A DNA stretch of 61,760 nt, filler included, from Streblomastix strix (taxonomy: Eukaryota), in the NCBI GenBank assembly GCA_008636045.1. It is 3 parts of 3 records of this genome, joined end to end, with 100 filler letters (N's around TTAATTAATTAA, not from the genome) between each part and the next. Parts side by side here need not be neighbours in the genome. Positions count along the whole stretch, not along the records: positions 41,326 to 61,760 come from SNRW01000433.1; 2 more parts are not named here. One strand, 5' to 3'. A program made the translations under genes and the position numbers. This document shows, piece after piece, positions 48,701 through 61,760 of this stretch; position 1 is the first letter of the stretch, and the number at the start of each line of letters is the position of its first letter. A model generated the notes under the pieces. The model was not told the origin of the DNA and made no database searches. It saw nothing but the letters and a program-made list of their open reading frames with translations.

Positions 48701-50906
48701 AAATGAAAATATTAGTAGAATTAATAATGTGGATAGTTAATCCACAGTCGTTGTAGACAATACTAATATTCCTAGTAGTCTATCTCCTTTTGTTTAAGAA
48801 TAATAACCTGAATAATAGTAATAGTTATCTCCTAAATATATTGAATAATCTTATGATTCTCCACCTTTTGGCCTTGATTAACCACTTGATTATTCATCAA
48901 TTCATCCTTAATCTCCTTAATTTTATACTCCAGGTGATTATAGTTTATAATTTATAAATTTTTCGTCTCCTAAATAAGAAAGTTTTTCTTCTCCGTCCCT
49001 AATTAATACCAAAAATGATAATGATAATCTGCCTTAGATGAATTATGATAATGAAAACAATGATTTGCTTCCTCCTTAATAATCATCACCTCACACTACA
49101 TCGACTCAATCATATGCTCATTTATCCATTACATCAAAATCTAATTCAAAATATTCAACATCTACTTTTTCATCATCTTCTACAGGTACAACAAAGTCAT
49201 CAATTCGTTCTTCTCCCTAATCCGAATCATCTAATCAATAGTCCATCAGTTCTTTTAATAGGTCTTCATTATCTTCATAGACCACATCAACAGTTACATC
49301 TAATAATTCGCATTCATCAACTTTGCAGTCCTCATAATAAAAATAAAGGAGCTTGTGTAAATACTGTAAGAAATTGATTGATAAAAGTAAATAATCTTAA
49401 CATAAACTTACTTGTAAGAAGAAAAAAGGTTCAACAAAATCAAGAAATTAATATAAAACATAATAATAAGAAGATGATGATTGGTTCTAAGATGTATATG
49501 AGGAGGAAGATGAAGAAATTGATGGATAAAGCAAATTATATACATAATAAGAAGCAATCGAAGAAGATGAAATATAAAAAAATAATTTTAATTAAAAGAA
49601 GAAAAAGAAATTAACATCAAAATCTTCAACTATTAATTCATCAGTAGCAATTAAACATTTAAAACCAACTTCTTAATCATCATCAATTACAGCTTTAAAT
49701 CTTCCTCTTCCTCCTCCAATACCTTTTCTCAATACATCTAATCAGAATTAATAGCCAATTTCATTGAGTGAAATTTTATCTTAATAACCTACTTAATAAA
49801 CTTAGTAAGAAAATGATATGTCAATTCTTCCTTTCCCAAACAAATCTAAACAACCATAAAATGACTATCAAAATTTATTGGTTTTGAATGTTATTTAATA
49901 AAATGAAAAAATAGAATAAATAAATTTTCCTTCAAATATATCATCTCCAAAGATATAATCACTTATTATGCCAAAGCCACCAGATCATGTGAGTAAATAA
50001 CATTCTAATTTATAATCATTATCACACAACTTTTCATAGTCACTTTCCAATCCTCTTACAAATCCACTTGAATTTATTCCTTCTGAATAATTATCATAAA
50101 CAACTCCTTCTTCATTATAATTAAAATCCCTTCCTCCTCCACCACCAATAACATCCCTATAATAATAATAATAATAATAAACTATTAATCCTCCAACTAA
50201 TACACCTACTAATACTCCTATTGTACCTTTATTATCTCTTCTTCCATCATCTCCTTAATCACAGTATAATGATCAATCTCAGAAACAAATATCATTGGGA
50301 GAAACACAATCTTAATCCACATCATCATTTAATAGTAATTTCCCACAACCATTAATAACAAAACTTGGTAATTCTTATGCCAGTGATATAACTATGAATG
50401 AGAGATCATTATTAACTAGTAGATCTTCATTATAAACTGATAGCAGCTACAATAGTAAAAACTCTGGTCAAATTGGAGAATAAAGCGAATAATAATCTGA
50501 CTCTTCTTCATCAAGAGCATTATCAGATTAATAGAGTAAAACAATTCCAATTCATTCTCCAACATAATTTAAGCCAAAATCATAACCTTAAGAACAGCCA
50601 TAAAGCAAACTTGATATAAATTGGAGTAATATGAACTTTTCTTCCACATATCCTATTTCTATATCGCAAGGAGCTAATTAAGAAGAAACCAAAGAGAAAA
50701 GTAAAAGTGAAGAAGGATTTGAAGAAGAAAAGGATAAAATAAATTAGAACAAGTAATTTAAAGATAAAAAAGATGATGAAGAAAAGAAAGAGAAACAAAG
50801 AGAAGAGATTAATGGAGGTATGACTAACAATCAACAAAACATTACAATTTAAACTCCTTAGAAACCCAATTCTTCTTTCAGCTACACTCCCAAAAAACGA
50901 TAATGA
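45711..50906 (+). CDS. Multi-RRM RNA-binding protein with a long Q/P/S-rich tail, a PAM2-like motif and a small C2HC zinc finger
   Basis: GVYIGDLVEELSEEEIVQAFNKFGQV...YGFIWF; KTLLITNIPP; FGQLVSLEY..QAIVKY; QFKQYGNVVKV; LNPKSDVFIP; CKYCKK..HKLTC; TGA 50904-50906. Confidence 0.8.
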
Positions 50907-51428
50907 TTATCATATTAATTTATAAGGAAGTAAATTATAACTAATAATTATATGAAAAAGATCTAAATACATAGGGCAGATAAAGGATGAACAGAGGTTT
51001 AAGTTTAATTTATTTAAATCTTTAAGTCATTCTCGATTGAAATTGAAAATCTGCTTTTTTTTTATTTTGCAAACATTCCTTAGCTTAGTTTTTCTTCCAA
51101 TTATTTTAAATTATTTATTTTCACAAAATCAATTTATTTTTACTGGAGTCTGACCATATTTTATCAATTTCCAAGCATTAATCAATATAGCTTGTTTCAT
51201 ATATTTCATATAGAGCGTAATATATCATACATTATTATTAACTCTCTACGAGGCTATTTCTCGCCGAGCCAATAAATAACACAATGAGAGTATTGTAATA
51301 TGATTGATTTATTGAAAATTCTCTATGATTTTGAAATTTAATTATTGTAAAACTAATGAATGATAAAATTGTGAAGTGAGTGAATTGAATTAATTTTCTT
51401 AGATTCATTTTAATTACCTATTATGAGA

Positions 51429-54400
51429 TCATGAGTCTTCTATTAGATCATTTATTTTCCTTTTGGTCAGTCTTTGTTCTAACTCATTCTTGTGCTTTTG
51501 TTCGAACTCGTCCACAGCTGAAAATTAAACAAAGTTGTAAAAATATATAAAAATATATAAAAGGGCATAAAATGGATATTGATATTAAAACCTTTCTTCT
51601 GGTTGATTGGAAGAACTTTCATTTGTTCTTCCAATTCACTTTGAGCCCATTCAAGGCTTCTTGCACCTTCTATTAACTCTTCTATCTTAGCCCTTTTGAC
51701 TTCCTCACGTGTTGACATGCTTTCAACAATGAAATTTCTAATATAACCTCTAGTGATTTAATAAATACAATTCGGACATTGCGTAAGTTAGAATTATAAG
51801 CTGAATGTTTTAGATTAGATCACAGATTGAGATGGATTTGAATGTTTGGGGGTGATTTTAGATGAAGAAATCATTTAAGACTTATTTTTTTCTGGAGTAT
51901 GAATTGAAGATTTTATTGGTTCAATCATTGTATTGTTTTCAGTTATTTCAGGTCTTGTGAAATCAATTGAAAAAGATCCATCTGATTTAGTTGATAATCG
52001 AGATGGAGTCATTGGACTATCAAACTCGTTTCTATAATATTCTTAATGTTATTCTTATTTATTTTATTTAGTTTATTATAGTTATTACATGGCAACTGCA
52101 TGAGGACCATATTCAATGTCTTCATGGTCATTTGAGACATATGCTCCAAAATTCTCAATAGCAAACATCTCATATTATTATTGTTGTTATTCTATTTATT
52201 TTTATTTCTAATTTTGCTTTATTAAATCATTTCCTCTCCGATCTCCAGTTTTCCCATCATAATATCTCTCAGGTCCAAGATATTAGCTCTCTACTTCTAC
52301 CATGAAATTATCATAGTTACCTTATGATTGCTGAAACTTCTTTTATTATGCTGTAAATGGTCTTGTCATTTTAGAAAGTGGACTTTTAACTTATTTAACT
52401 TATTCAATTTATGTTTGTGCTTATTCTTTTCTCAATTATTTTATTTCTAATACTTTTTTATTTCCATTTTCACTAGGAGGGCCTCCACCCGCTTCAATAA
52501 ATTTTGTTTTTCCCAATCTACTATTGAAATTTTGTTGATTTAAAGGCAAAATTGCTTGTCCTATTATATCTTATTATTTTATCTATTTAGTTTTGTCCTA
52601 ATTTAATTATTTATCTTTTTAGTTTTATTATATGGAATCATTAAATGCCATCTTTCTTCCATAATTATACGCGCACCGTCGACAAATAGTATGCCCACTA
52701 AAATTATAATAATATTATTAATAACAACAATAATAAAATATGTATTTATGCACACCAAGGAATAAATGTAACAGGTTCTCTCAATACTTTAAGGCAAATG
52801 TTGCATGTAAGATCAACCTAATAAAAAGTAGATGGCATATATAGATTAAAAAAGATTATTATCACACCATCATAGCTTCATTTATTGTTTGTATATCAAT
52901 TAATGTTTTGGATAAATTGATTAAATGTCTTCTACAGAAGCTAGCTACTCCAAGAAGAGCTTGACAAATACCTGAGAAAGCAGCCTAATAAATTAGGAAA
53001 GAAAATAAGAAATAACGAAAATATTATTATTCTATACTCTAATCTTTGAAAGATCGTCTTAAAATCTTTCAATATCTTTCGCCATATCATCAATGTATTA
53101 TGATAAATGTCATGCATTGATAATTAAATAAGTCTATATTATAATATGAATTATAAAATTAATAAATGAAATTAATACATTTAGATGTTGAATTAATAAA
53201 AATAAAATATTAGTTTTCAAACAACTCCATCAAATTTGTAACATTCTGGTTTTAGTCTTCTTCTCATTCCATCTTCAGTTAATTGAGTCCAATCAAGAAC
53301 GAGTGTCATTTCATTCTAAAGAACAAGTCTAGCAATAAAAAATAGAATATATGATATAAGATAATAATATTCTCTAATTAATAGTATTATAATATCTTTA
53401 ATATTTCTTTATTTTCTTATTTGTAAACCTATGCACAGTATCTTTAGATCGATCCAAATCTTAACTTGTCTTTTTCATTAATTTAATTTTTTCATTCTAT
53501 AAGTATATTTATTAATTCATTTTTAGTTTTTCATCTTTAAGCTATTTTAAAATTTCAATAAATCCATCCTCTTATTTTTTCCATTCTTTTTCCTTTTTCT
53601 TTAATTTATCTTTAACAATAACTAATTATTATTCTTATTCACTCAACTAATTTGATTTACTTCTTTTCTTTCCTGTTCCACTACTTGCACTTCTCTCACT
53701 CAATTTCAATTAATATTAATTTTATTAATCCATTTACATATTCTCTTTCAGTTCTGCTTCTTTTTAATTATCTTTTATATTTGATCTACTGGAATGAGAC
53801 CTAATTACATTTGTATCAACTGAATCTATAATAATATTTTCTTTATTATTCAGATTATGAAGAGGAGATGAAGAAGAATGAGATATTTAAGAAGGAGAAC
53901 GAGTAACAGAAGTAAGAATTTATTATGGAATTTCTTATTTTATTGATTAGAAATTATTGTTTAAAAATGAATCAATATCAACATTAGGAGTTTACTACAA
54001 TTGTGAAAGTATTAATTATTGTTAATTTAAAGTTTTTTACATTCTTTTTTTCCCTTTTCTTTCTACTTATCTTCCTACTTCAATTATTTATTCATTTTAA
54101 AGCATATCTCCTGAAATTTATTCAAAATCATTATCAACTAAAAATTCATTATTATTAATATTATCGTCTTTTTCATTTAATCTTTCTAATTCACTATTAT
54201 TCTAGTTCAATTATGAATAATTTGGTATTGAGATTGATATTTCTCCATTATCCTATTTAATATCTAATGATTGAACTTAATCTAATTTACTTTTACTTTC
54301 ATCCATTCTTGGTTTCTATTTGCTATTTTATTCTTTCTCTTCATTTATTTTTCTTGATGATTATAATATATTTTAATCTTAATCATTGTTTTCAACGAGA

Positions 54401-57400
54401 AGGGATAACAATTTCTTTTTTTTCCTTAGATCAGTTTAGAGTATATTTACATTTTGAGGTGTTTCTTAAGTTTAATTTTCTTAAATTGCCATTTCTGAAG
54501 CAGATACTATATCTTGGAATAATTACGTTCCTTTGTTATTTTTTGCAAATTATGCCTACAATTATTTTAGTCTATTTTCACTTTTCTCTTTTATTAATTT
54601 ATTATTATTTTATTAATCCAATTATTTCAATTTTATTAATGATGGTCTTTTTCTTGGTGATGAATTTATTTCTTCTTCCTATTTCTTCTTCTTCTTTTTC
54701 TTCTTTTATTCATTCTCTTCTCCAATATAAATATCTTCATCATTATCATAATCTTATTCTTCAACAATGTCCAATTTCTGCTCCTTATTTTTTTATTCAA
54801 TCAATCTTTGCCTTCCTTCACCTTCAATTGTGATATTTGTTTGGCAATACTTAGTTGAAGATTATTTTTTGACTTATTTCATCAGGTCTTCAATTTATTG
54901 CTTCAAATACTAAATTAATTTATCTTTAGACAATTCTCTAATATTATAAATTAAAATTAAAATATTAATAAGAAATAACAATCAATATAAATTAATAATT
55001 CCAATCAATTTCTATAATTTTATTTTTCTATGTATATTTTTTTCATACATTTAATCTCTTTGTTTCAAATCATTTTCTAAATTTTCTTTTTCTTTAATTA
55101 ATTTTTCAATCTCTATTTTCAAATTTACAATTTATGCTTCAAGATTTGAGTTATTTTATGTTAAATTATTATTATTTTCCTATAAATTAAAAATTTCTTA
55201 TTTCAATTATTAGATTAAATCGTCTTATTTTGAATCACCAAGTTATTTATATACAATTTTTTCTATTGTTCTCAATCTTCCATCATTTCTATTCAAAAAT
55301 GAATAAATATATAGATTAAATATAAATATTAAGATATATAATAGAAATAAAATATGAAAAAAGAATGAAATTTTTATTAATAAATAATTACTAATAATCC
55401 ATTTATTTAATTTATTTAAAATACATTATTTTTTAATCTCCATTTTCGTCCCATTCATTATTTTATCCTTCTCCATTATCTTAAAATTTATTATCACTAA
55501 AGTCTTTTGGAGAATATGAAATATGAGGAACTTTTGACAGTTGATGTGGAGTTGGGGTTGGTTATGGAGAAATACTAAATCTATCATAATCATTTTCTTC
55601 TTATTATTCATCAAATGATTAATCTTATTATTATTACTATTATTATTACTATTATTAATATTATTTCGGTGATTGGTATATTTATGATTATTACTGTTAT
55701 TGTTAGTTCGGTGATTGGAATATTTATGATTATTTCCTTCTCAATTTTTCTCTGTACTCTCATTAATACTATTTTTATTCATCTTCATATTATTAATAAG
55801 GATATTTCTGTTAAATTAATAAATTAGATTTTGATTATCTTTCATTCATTAATTATATTTACAATTTTCTTTTTCTTTATTAATTATGTATTTGTTTCTA
55901 AGAATTTGATTTATGAATTTAGTCCTAATTCTAATAAGATAATTATGATGGTGATTAAGATGGTGAAATAGAATATTAAGATTTAGATTAAGATAAGAAT
56001 GAAGAAGACGTTTATGTAGTCTGAATAAGATGACTATTATCTTTTTGTGTCTTATTATTAATTTAATCATTAAATGAAGTGAAAGAAATTCTATCATCAA
56101 TATTATGTTCATGATCTTTCTATTCATTTGTTTCATAATCAAAATATTCATTATTTTACTTTGATATATTTTTATTAAGTTAAATCGTTTGATTATCTTA
56201 GTCTTATTATTTTAGATCTTTTAAACTTTATTTTAATTATTCAATATTTTATCCATTTTTTTGTAATTATTAATCATGCAATATTTTTCTCTCATTAACA
56301 AATTAATTTATTTTATTAAATTCTTATTCAATTTTTCCTTCTATTTCTTCTTTTCCTTCTCTTTCAATCATTTTTAATTATATTTCTTCATTTATATTAT
56401 TTTTTTCTATTTGAATATTTGGACTTTCATATGAGTTTTGAATCATTTCTTATTATCGGTCAGTAATTTTGTTATATTGTTGTAATTATTGTTGTCGAAT
56501 ATCCTTTTGAGACACATGTTTTCTAATATTTGGACTGCTTTGTATTGATTGTATTTAATTACCATCTAATATGTTATTAATTTATTTATTATTGATTTGA
56601 TCATTATTATTATTTGCATTAATTCTTGATGTCTATTATTTATCTCTTTATCTTTAATTAATAATTCTTCCTTCAATTTCATCCATATTCTCATTTTCAC
56701 TTCTATTACTGTTACTCATAATATAATTAATACTTTCTGTTGTATTCATAACATCAATTTCACTTCTATTATTCTAATTTCTTCTTCCTTTTCTTTCTTT
56801 ATCTCGAAATTATCCATCATTTCTTTCTTCATTTCTTTCTTCATATGAGTTCATATTTCTTTATTATGGTTGTGATTCAAATGTATTCAATAGTAATTAA
56901 GATTATTATTGAGATTATTGAGGATGAACTTAGAAAAAAGGATTTGAATCTTGATCACTCCATACACCTTAATTAGGAATAATTGATACTATTATTTTAT
57001 TATTTTATTCATCTCCACATATTGATCCAGTTAATCTTGCAACTTCTGCTTAATTTAATAAATTTGAAAATGATGAAACTAATTTATTTAATGATTTAGG
57101 TTATTGCCAATTTCCTTGCCATCATTATTGTTTTTATTGTGGATATTATGTTGTTTAATCTTGTCCCACGAACTTATGTAACGCAAGAGGAACAACAGTC
57201 ACCGTTTTCTCAACATTATTCTATCCAGAAGGTAATTATCGTTTAGATTTCATTCTTTCTGTTCCAGTTCCAAAAATAATTTCGTGTTTTCGAATAAGTT
57301 CATCTTCTTCTTCTAATGTCAGACCTCCTTTTTCTTTCCCATAGGGAGATTCGAGAATTTTGAGTGCTTCTTTATCCACATTTCTGGTTGAAAAAGCAAT

Positions 57401-57475
57401 AGCTGAAGTCTGAGGACGATTCAGAAGTTATAAAGGCAGTTTGAGACCAACTTAAATTTGTTTTGTGCTGCGCAT
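51429..57475 (-). CDS. Large Q/N/E-rich coiled-coil protein with a C-terminal C3HC4 RING finger; contains in-frame TGA codons; 3' end uncertain
   Basis: MRSTKQIQVGLKLPLQLLNRPQTS...; DLTCNICLKVLREPVTFIPCGHTICRRC ... CPNC..RNFIVESM; GT-AG introns. Confidence 0.75.
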
Positions 57476-58245
57476 TGGGATAAATGGTTATATTTCTTTA
57501 AACAAGTTATAAAAAATAATATATATAATTAAATTGAAAATAAAAATTAAGATTTAAAGATTTAATGTCAAATTTAATTATGTATTTCATGAATTATGAG
57601 CTTTTATTTGAAAAATAATGTTCAGTATATTGTTTTTAAGCTTAAAAGTCAGAATTGTGAAATTTTAATATTTAATTTGCAAATTAAGCTTGATAAATTT
57701 TATATTATTACAAATTTCATAATAAACAATGAAGAAATTGGTTTTTTTCTAAATTTGATATTTTTCTCATTGTATTAAAGTTTATTATTATTATAATATA
57801 CTTATTTAATTAATTTATTTATATTACAATATTTATATTTCACATTCAATATTTATTTAAACAATTGATGGCCGAGATATTTTGCACAGGCTATTCTGCT
57901 TCAATCCAAAATATTTATTATTAAATAAGTATTTCTTTTTACTCCATAATATATTTTAGTTAATATTATATTTTTTTCAATTATTATTTCTATTTTTTAA
58001 CTCTTGGGCAGAACTTTTAATTTTTTTTTTGTTAAATCTTGCTTCGTGCACGAATAGATTAGCATTTCGATATGAATCCATAATATATCCATATTATGCT
58101 TAATTCAAGCTAATTTTATTATTTATACAATCATAATTCCACTTACCATAATAATTATTATTAGAGTTGAACAATAAAATCTTATTTATCTCTACGAATT
58201 CTTAATTATATTATAATTTAATTTATGGCATTTTCCAGATTTACT

Positions 58246-59165
58246 ATGTCTTCTGAAGAAGGACAAAATTCCTAAGAAAACTAGAATACAGTAGTTGTAG
58301 AAGGCACAGTAAAACCCGAAATAGCAGAAAAGACTCGCGAAGATGAAGAATTAATCCGAGAATTGGAAGATTCGGAAGTCCCCGAAATCGATTAGATTCC
58401 TGTTCTCTTCACGTGGAGCTTACCAGCTGGTAATGAGGCAGTATTTATTAGTGGAACATTCAATCAATGGCAAGAAAGAGTTCCAATGCAACTAGTAAGT
58501 ATAAAAGATGAAAAAGGACTTGGAGAATTAACTCCTAAATGGCAAGTAACTATTCCTCTATCACCTGGTATTTATGCACTTCGATTCATTGTTGAAGGTA
58601 AATGGCGAATCAGTCCTTCTCTTCCAATTCGATCAGATGATAAAGGAAATGAATTTAATGCAATTCTCGTTTAAAGACGAAATAAACCAGCTTCTTAATC
58701 AGGTATCAATAACTTCTATTTATTTATTAAATTTATTATATGTTGTAATAATAATAATTTATTTAATATATTATGTCTTAATTAGATGCGAATTAATGGA
58801 CATAAGAAATGCCTCTACTTTGTGGATTGCCATAAATTCTTCCAGCAGAAGCTATTGAATCTCATTTAAATATTTCAATTCCAAAAGAAACTGAACCATT
58901 TTTGCTTCCGATTCCTCTAATTTCATCATTACAACATCTGTATGTATATATTATTTGTTTATTATTTACTTGTTTATTTATTTATTATATAATACTATTC
59001 TAATATAAATTTATATTTAGATACACACGACCAGATCGAGAACGCGATATTGTTGTAACTTCTATTACGACTAGACTAAATAATAAATGCATTACATCTA
59101 TATTATATAGTCTAAATCCACCACTATACACACAATTAACACATTAAGATAACAAGACTGACTGA
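58246..59165 (+). CDS. AMPK/SNF1 beta subunit (CBM48 glycogen-binding plus ASC domain), 3 exons
   Basis: IPVLFTWSLPAGNEAVFISGTFNQWQERVPM, LSPGIYALRFIVEGKWR, DDKGNEFN, EPFLLPIPLISSLQHLY, VTSITTRLNNKCITSILY; TGA 59163-59165. Confidence 0.88.
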
Positions 59166-59466
59166 TTTATATTATAATATTAGTATGATTATGAGTATAA
59201 AATATTATTTAGTAAACAAAGTCTATAATTCTTTCTTTTCCAAAACACTAATACATTTCATCATTATTAAATCTTCATTTTCATTATAAAATTCATAAAA
59301 TTTTCTTCAATATTAATTTGAAATTTAAGATTGATCCGAAAATATTTTTTTGAAAGTAAATAATATTTAAATAATATCAATCAATCAAAAACATTTAATT
59401 AATCGTTAAATTAATTTTATTTGGTCAATCTATAATAATTGCCAATGGTATGAAAGATTTGAATTG

Positions 59467-61760
59467 TCAATCCCCAGTTTTTTCAGTAAGTTCTTGAATT
59501 GATTTCTATAGTTATTTAAGACCGCCTTCAATATCATCGCTTCCAGGAAGTCCTGTATTCATTAATGCACCCTGCAGTAGAGATCGTATCTTTGGATCAT
59601 CTGGGTCATTTGTTTGTTGTTATGAGTCATCATTTCGTGCTGATTTTGATTTATTCATATCATCACCTTGTTTTCCTTATTTATTAATATTTCCAATATT
59701 TTATGAATCTGATCCATTATCAATATTCTTTTCTTAATCATATGAATTATCATAATTAATATCTGATCTATTACCAATACCTCCTTTTGACATTGAATAA
59801 GAAGCATTCTTTGATCTTTATGAATGTCTTTTATTATGTTATTCAGTTAAAGCTAATTATGATCCGGTTTCTGTTGCTCTAAGTGCATTTTCCATTAGTG
59901 GTTAATTCACTTATGGATTATCACTAATGAAATTCATTCCATGTAAGAAAGCTGGTGAGCTTGCACCTGCTGCCTGAGTCCTTTGTGCAGTTGCAGGACT
60001 GAGACCAGAAGTTGGAGAACTGCTGATACGAATAATTTATTTCAATTTTGCTTATGCCTGCAAATGAGGAGCAAAAGTGCCAATATTTGAACCAGCTTAT
60101 GAAATATTTGATATTGGGCATGTTTATTTTTAACATTAATACTTTCAACTTTATATAAACATTAATTATAAATGATTTTTGAATTTTATTATTATTTTGA
60201 TGTAATAATTCATTTGTAGTCTAAATAACAATATTAACATAAAATGTGGCCTTCGAATTGCTTTCTTCTCCGAATCAGCATCGAGCAGTTATAATCATCT
60301 CATCAACTTGTGTTGTGGCTAGAACTAGATCAATGCAAATATCATCAGTGCATAAGTCTAGAAATAATTTATAGAGTTAACAATAAGATATTTATATTGC
60401 AAAATGAAAATAATATAAAAATAATATATTTTATGATAGCAAACTAAATTTATTTTATTCTTACATTATCTATTCAATCTAGTATGTGTTTTCTTCATCA
60501 AAATCATCTTCATTTGTACTCTCACAATCAATCAAAAGCTGAGATACAAATAATCTTTTATGAATAGATGAATTTACAGTCGTTTAAGAAATGAAATTTG
60601 CCAATTATGCTTCAATGTTATCAGATATTTCATCTTTAATCATCATTTTCTTCCCAGAAATCTATTTCTTTGGTATTTTACCCTTTTATTTACCATTCCT
60701 CGTTTATTTCTTCTTCAATAAGCCAGATTTTGCTTTTCCTTTCTTTTTCATAACTGATGATTTCTTGTTTATTTAATTGATTTTCTATTCGGTGTGATCT
60801 AAAGAAGTATTATTCGCTTCTTTACAATCCGATCCACCATTTTATTATTCAGTCTTATTCAATTCATTACCTTCCTTGTCTACCAAGTTTTGAAGTTATG
60901 GCTCTAATTTCGGCAGAGTTGGCAATAAATTATCTTCAGAAGTAGCACGCTGTGTTAGAAGAAGTTATTTGGATGATTGAGAATGAGAAATAGATTATTA
61001 TTAATCTTCTTAAGTTTGAATATTAGGTTATTGTTATAAAGCTTTTGCCTTAACTTCATCTGCTCTCTTAAATCTTTCTTGTATTTCCTTCATTACACGA
61101 TCAACTTCATTTGCCTTTCTTTTCTTTGAAGCAGAGGTGGTTGTCTATTTAGAATTACTCCTTCCATCAGATGAGTCATCTTCTTCATTATCTGCTTCAT
61201 CTCCTGATTCTTTATTATCTTCAACTTCATCATCAACAAACTCGAAGTCATCATTATCTTCTGATTCTTTAGCATCTTCCTAGAAGTCCGAATCAGCACT
61301 ATTGTTAGAAGATGTAAAGTCTGATTCAAAATCACTACTTCCACTTTCAGATTCATCTTGTTTTATCATCTTTTTCTTGTTTTATACGCTTTTCTTTTTA
61401 TTTTCATTTAATTGCTTTGTTGCTACCTTCTAAACATTTTCTACTTTTATTTACTGTTCAACATCACTCTTTATTTGTTATTATTCTTGATCTTAATCTG
61501 GTCTAGCAGCAGAGTTAGCATCACTTTCTTCAGCGTCTTCGTTTAGTCGCCTACGTTTTTAGCCATTATCAGCATTTTCTTGTTAATTATCATTTGAACA
61601 TTGAGATTGCTACACGGTACTACTTTATGACTCACATAAAAAACACAGAAATCTGCCTCTCGGCTTATAAATAAGTCCTAGACATTTCTGGTGAAATTCT
61701 GTGAAAAAAATTAGCCAAACACTAAAATAATAAATATATATGAGTACATACATTATCTGC
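59467..61760 (-). CDS. Partial hypothetical protein with acidic and Lys-rich low-complexity regions; 5' end outside the window
   Basis: Long open frames with TAR=Q at ~61700-60450 and ~60140-59470; middle exon phase ambiguous. Confidence 0.6.

Noticed and set aside
54267..54833. 188-aa hydrophobic ORF and similar Leu/Ile/Phe-rich ORFs in the track
   Set aside because: Antisense shadows of K/E/Q-rich coding exons on the opposite strand.

Overview
Very AT-rich, intron-rich eukaryotic DNA. It is three contigs joined by artificial N-TTAATTAATTAA-N linkers: 1-20566 (with an internal 10-N gap at 13910-13919), 20667-41225 and 41326-61760. TAA/TAG are read as Gln throughout, so the supplied standard-code ORF track is largely misleading. 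The code, intron style, NEK-type kinases and repeat content suggest an oxymonad such as Streblomastix (inference). Host genes: MAD2, a minimal Ena/VASP-like protein, a coiled-coil protein, a TTLL6/13-like tubulin polyglutamylase, an SLC12 cation-chloride cotransporter, a tandem pseudokinase-kinase, a multi-RRM protein, a split-RING protein, an AMPK beta subunit and a partial hypothetical gene. Mobile or relic DNA: a Polinton-like element (HNH + pPolB, integrase), a MITE with an 8-bp TSD, a Sola-like transposase between 560-bp direct repeats, a type I PKS ketosynthase relic, two DIRS-like retroelements and an intact pogo-like transposon. Main hunt result: TGA terminates genes but also occurs in frame inside otherwise intact host genes and transposases. 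These internal TGAs repeatedly sit at Arg-compatible positions, and one is exchanged for AGA between two copies of the same exon. This points to a candidate code in which all three stop codons have sense meanings (UAR=Gln, UGA=Arg or stop). All translations were done by eye and exon boundaries are approximate.
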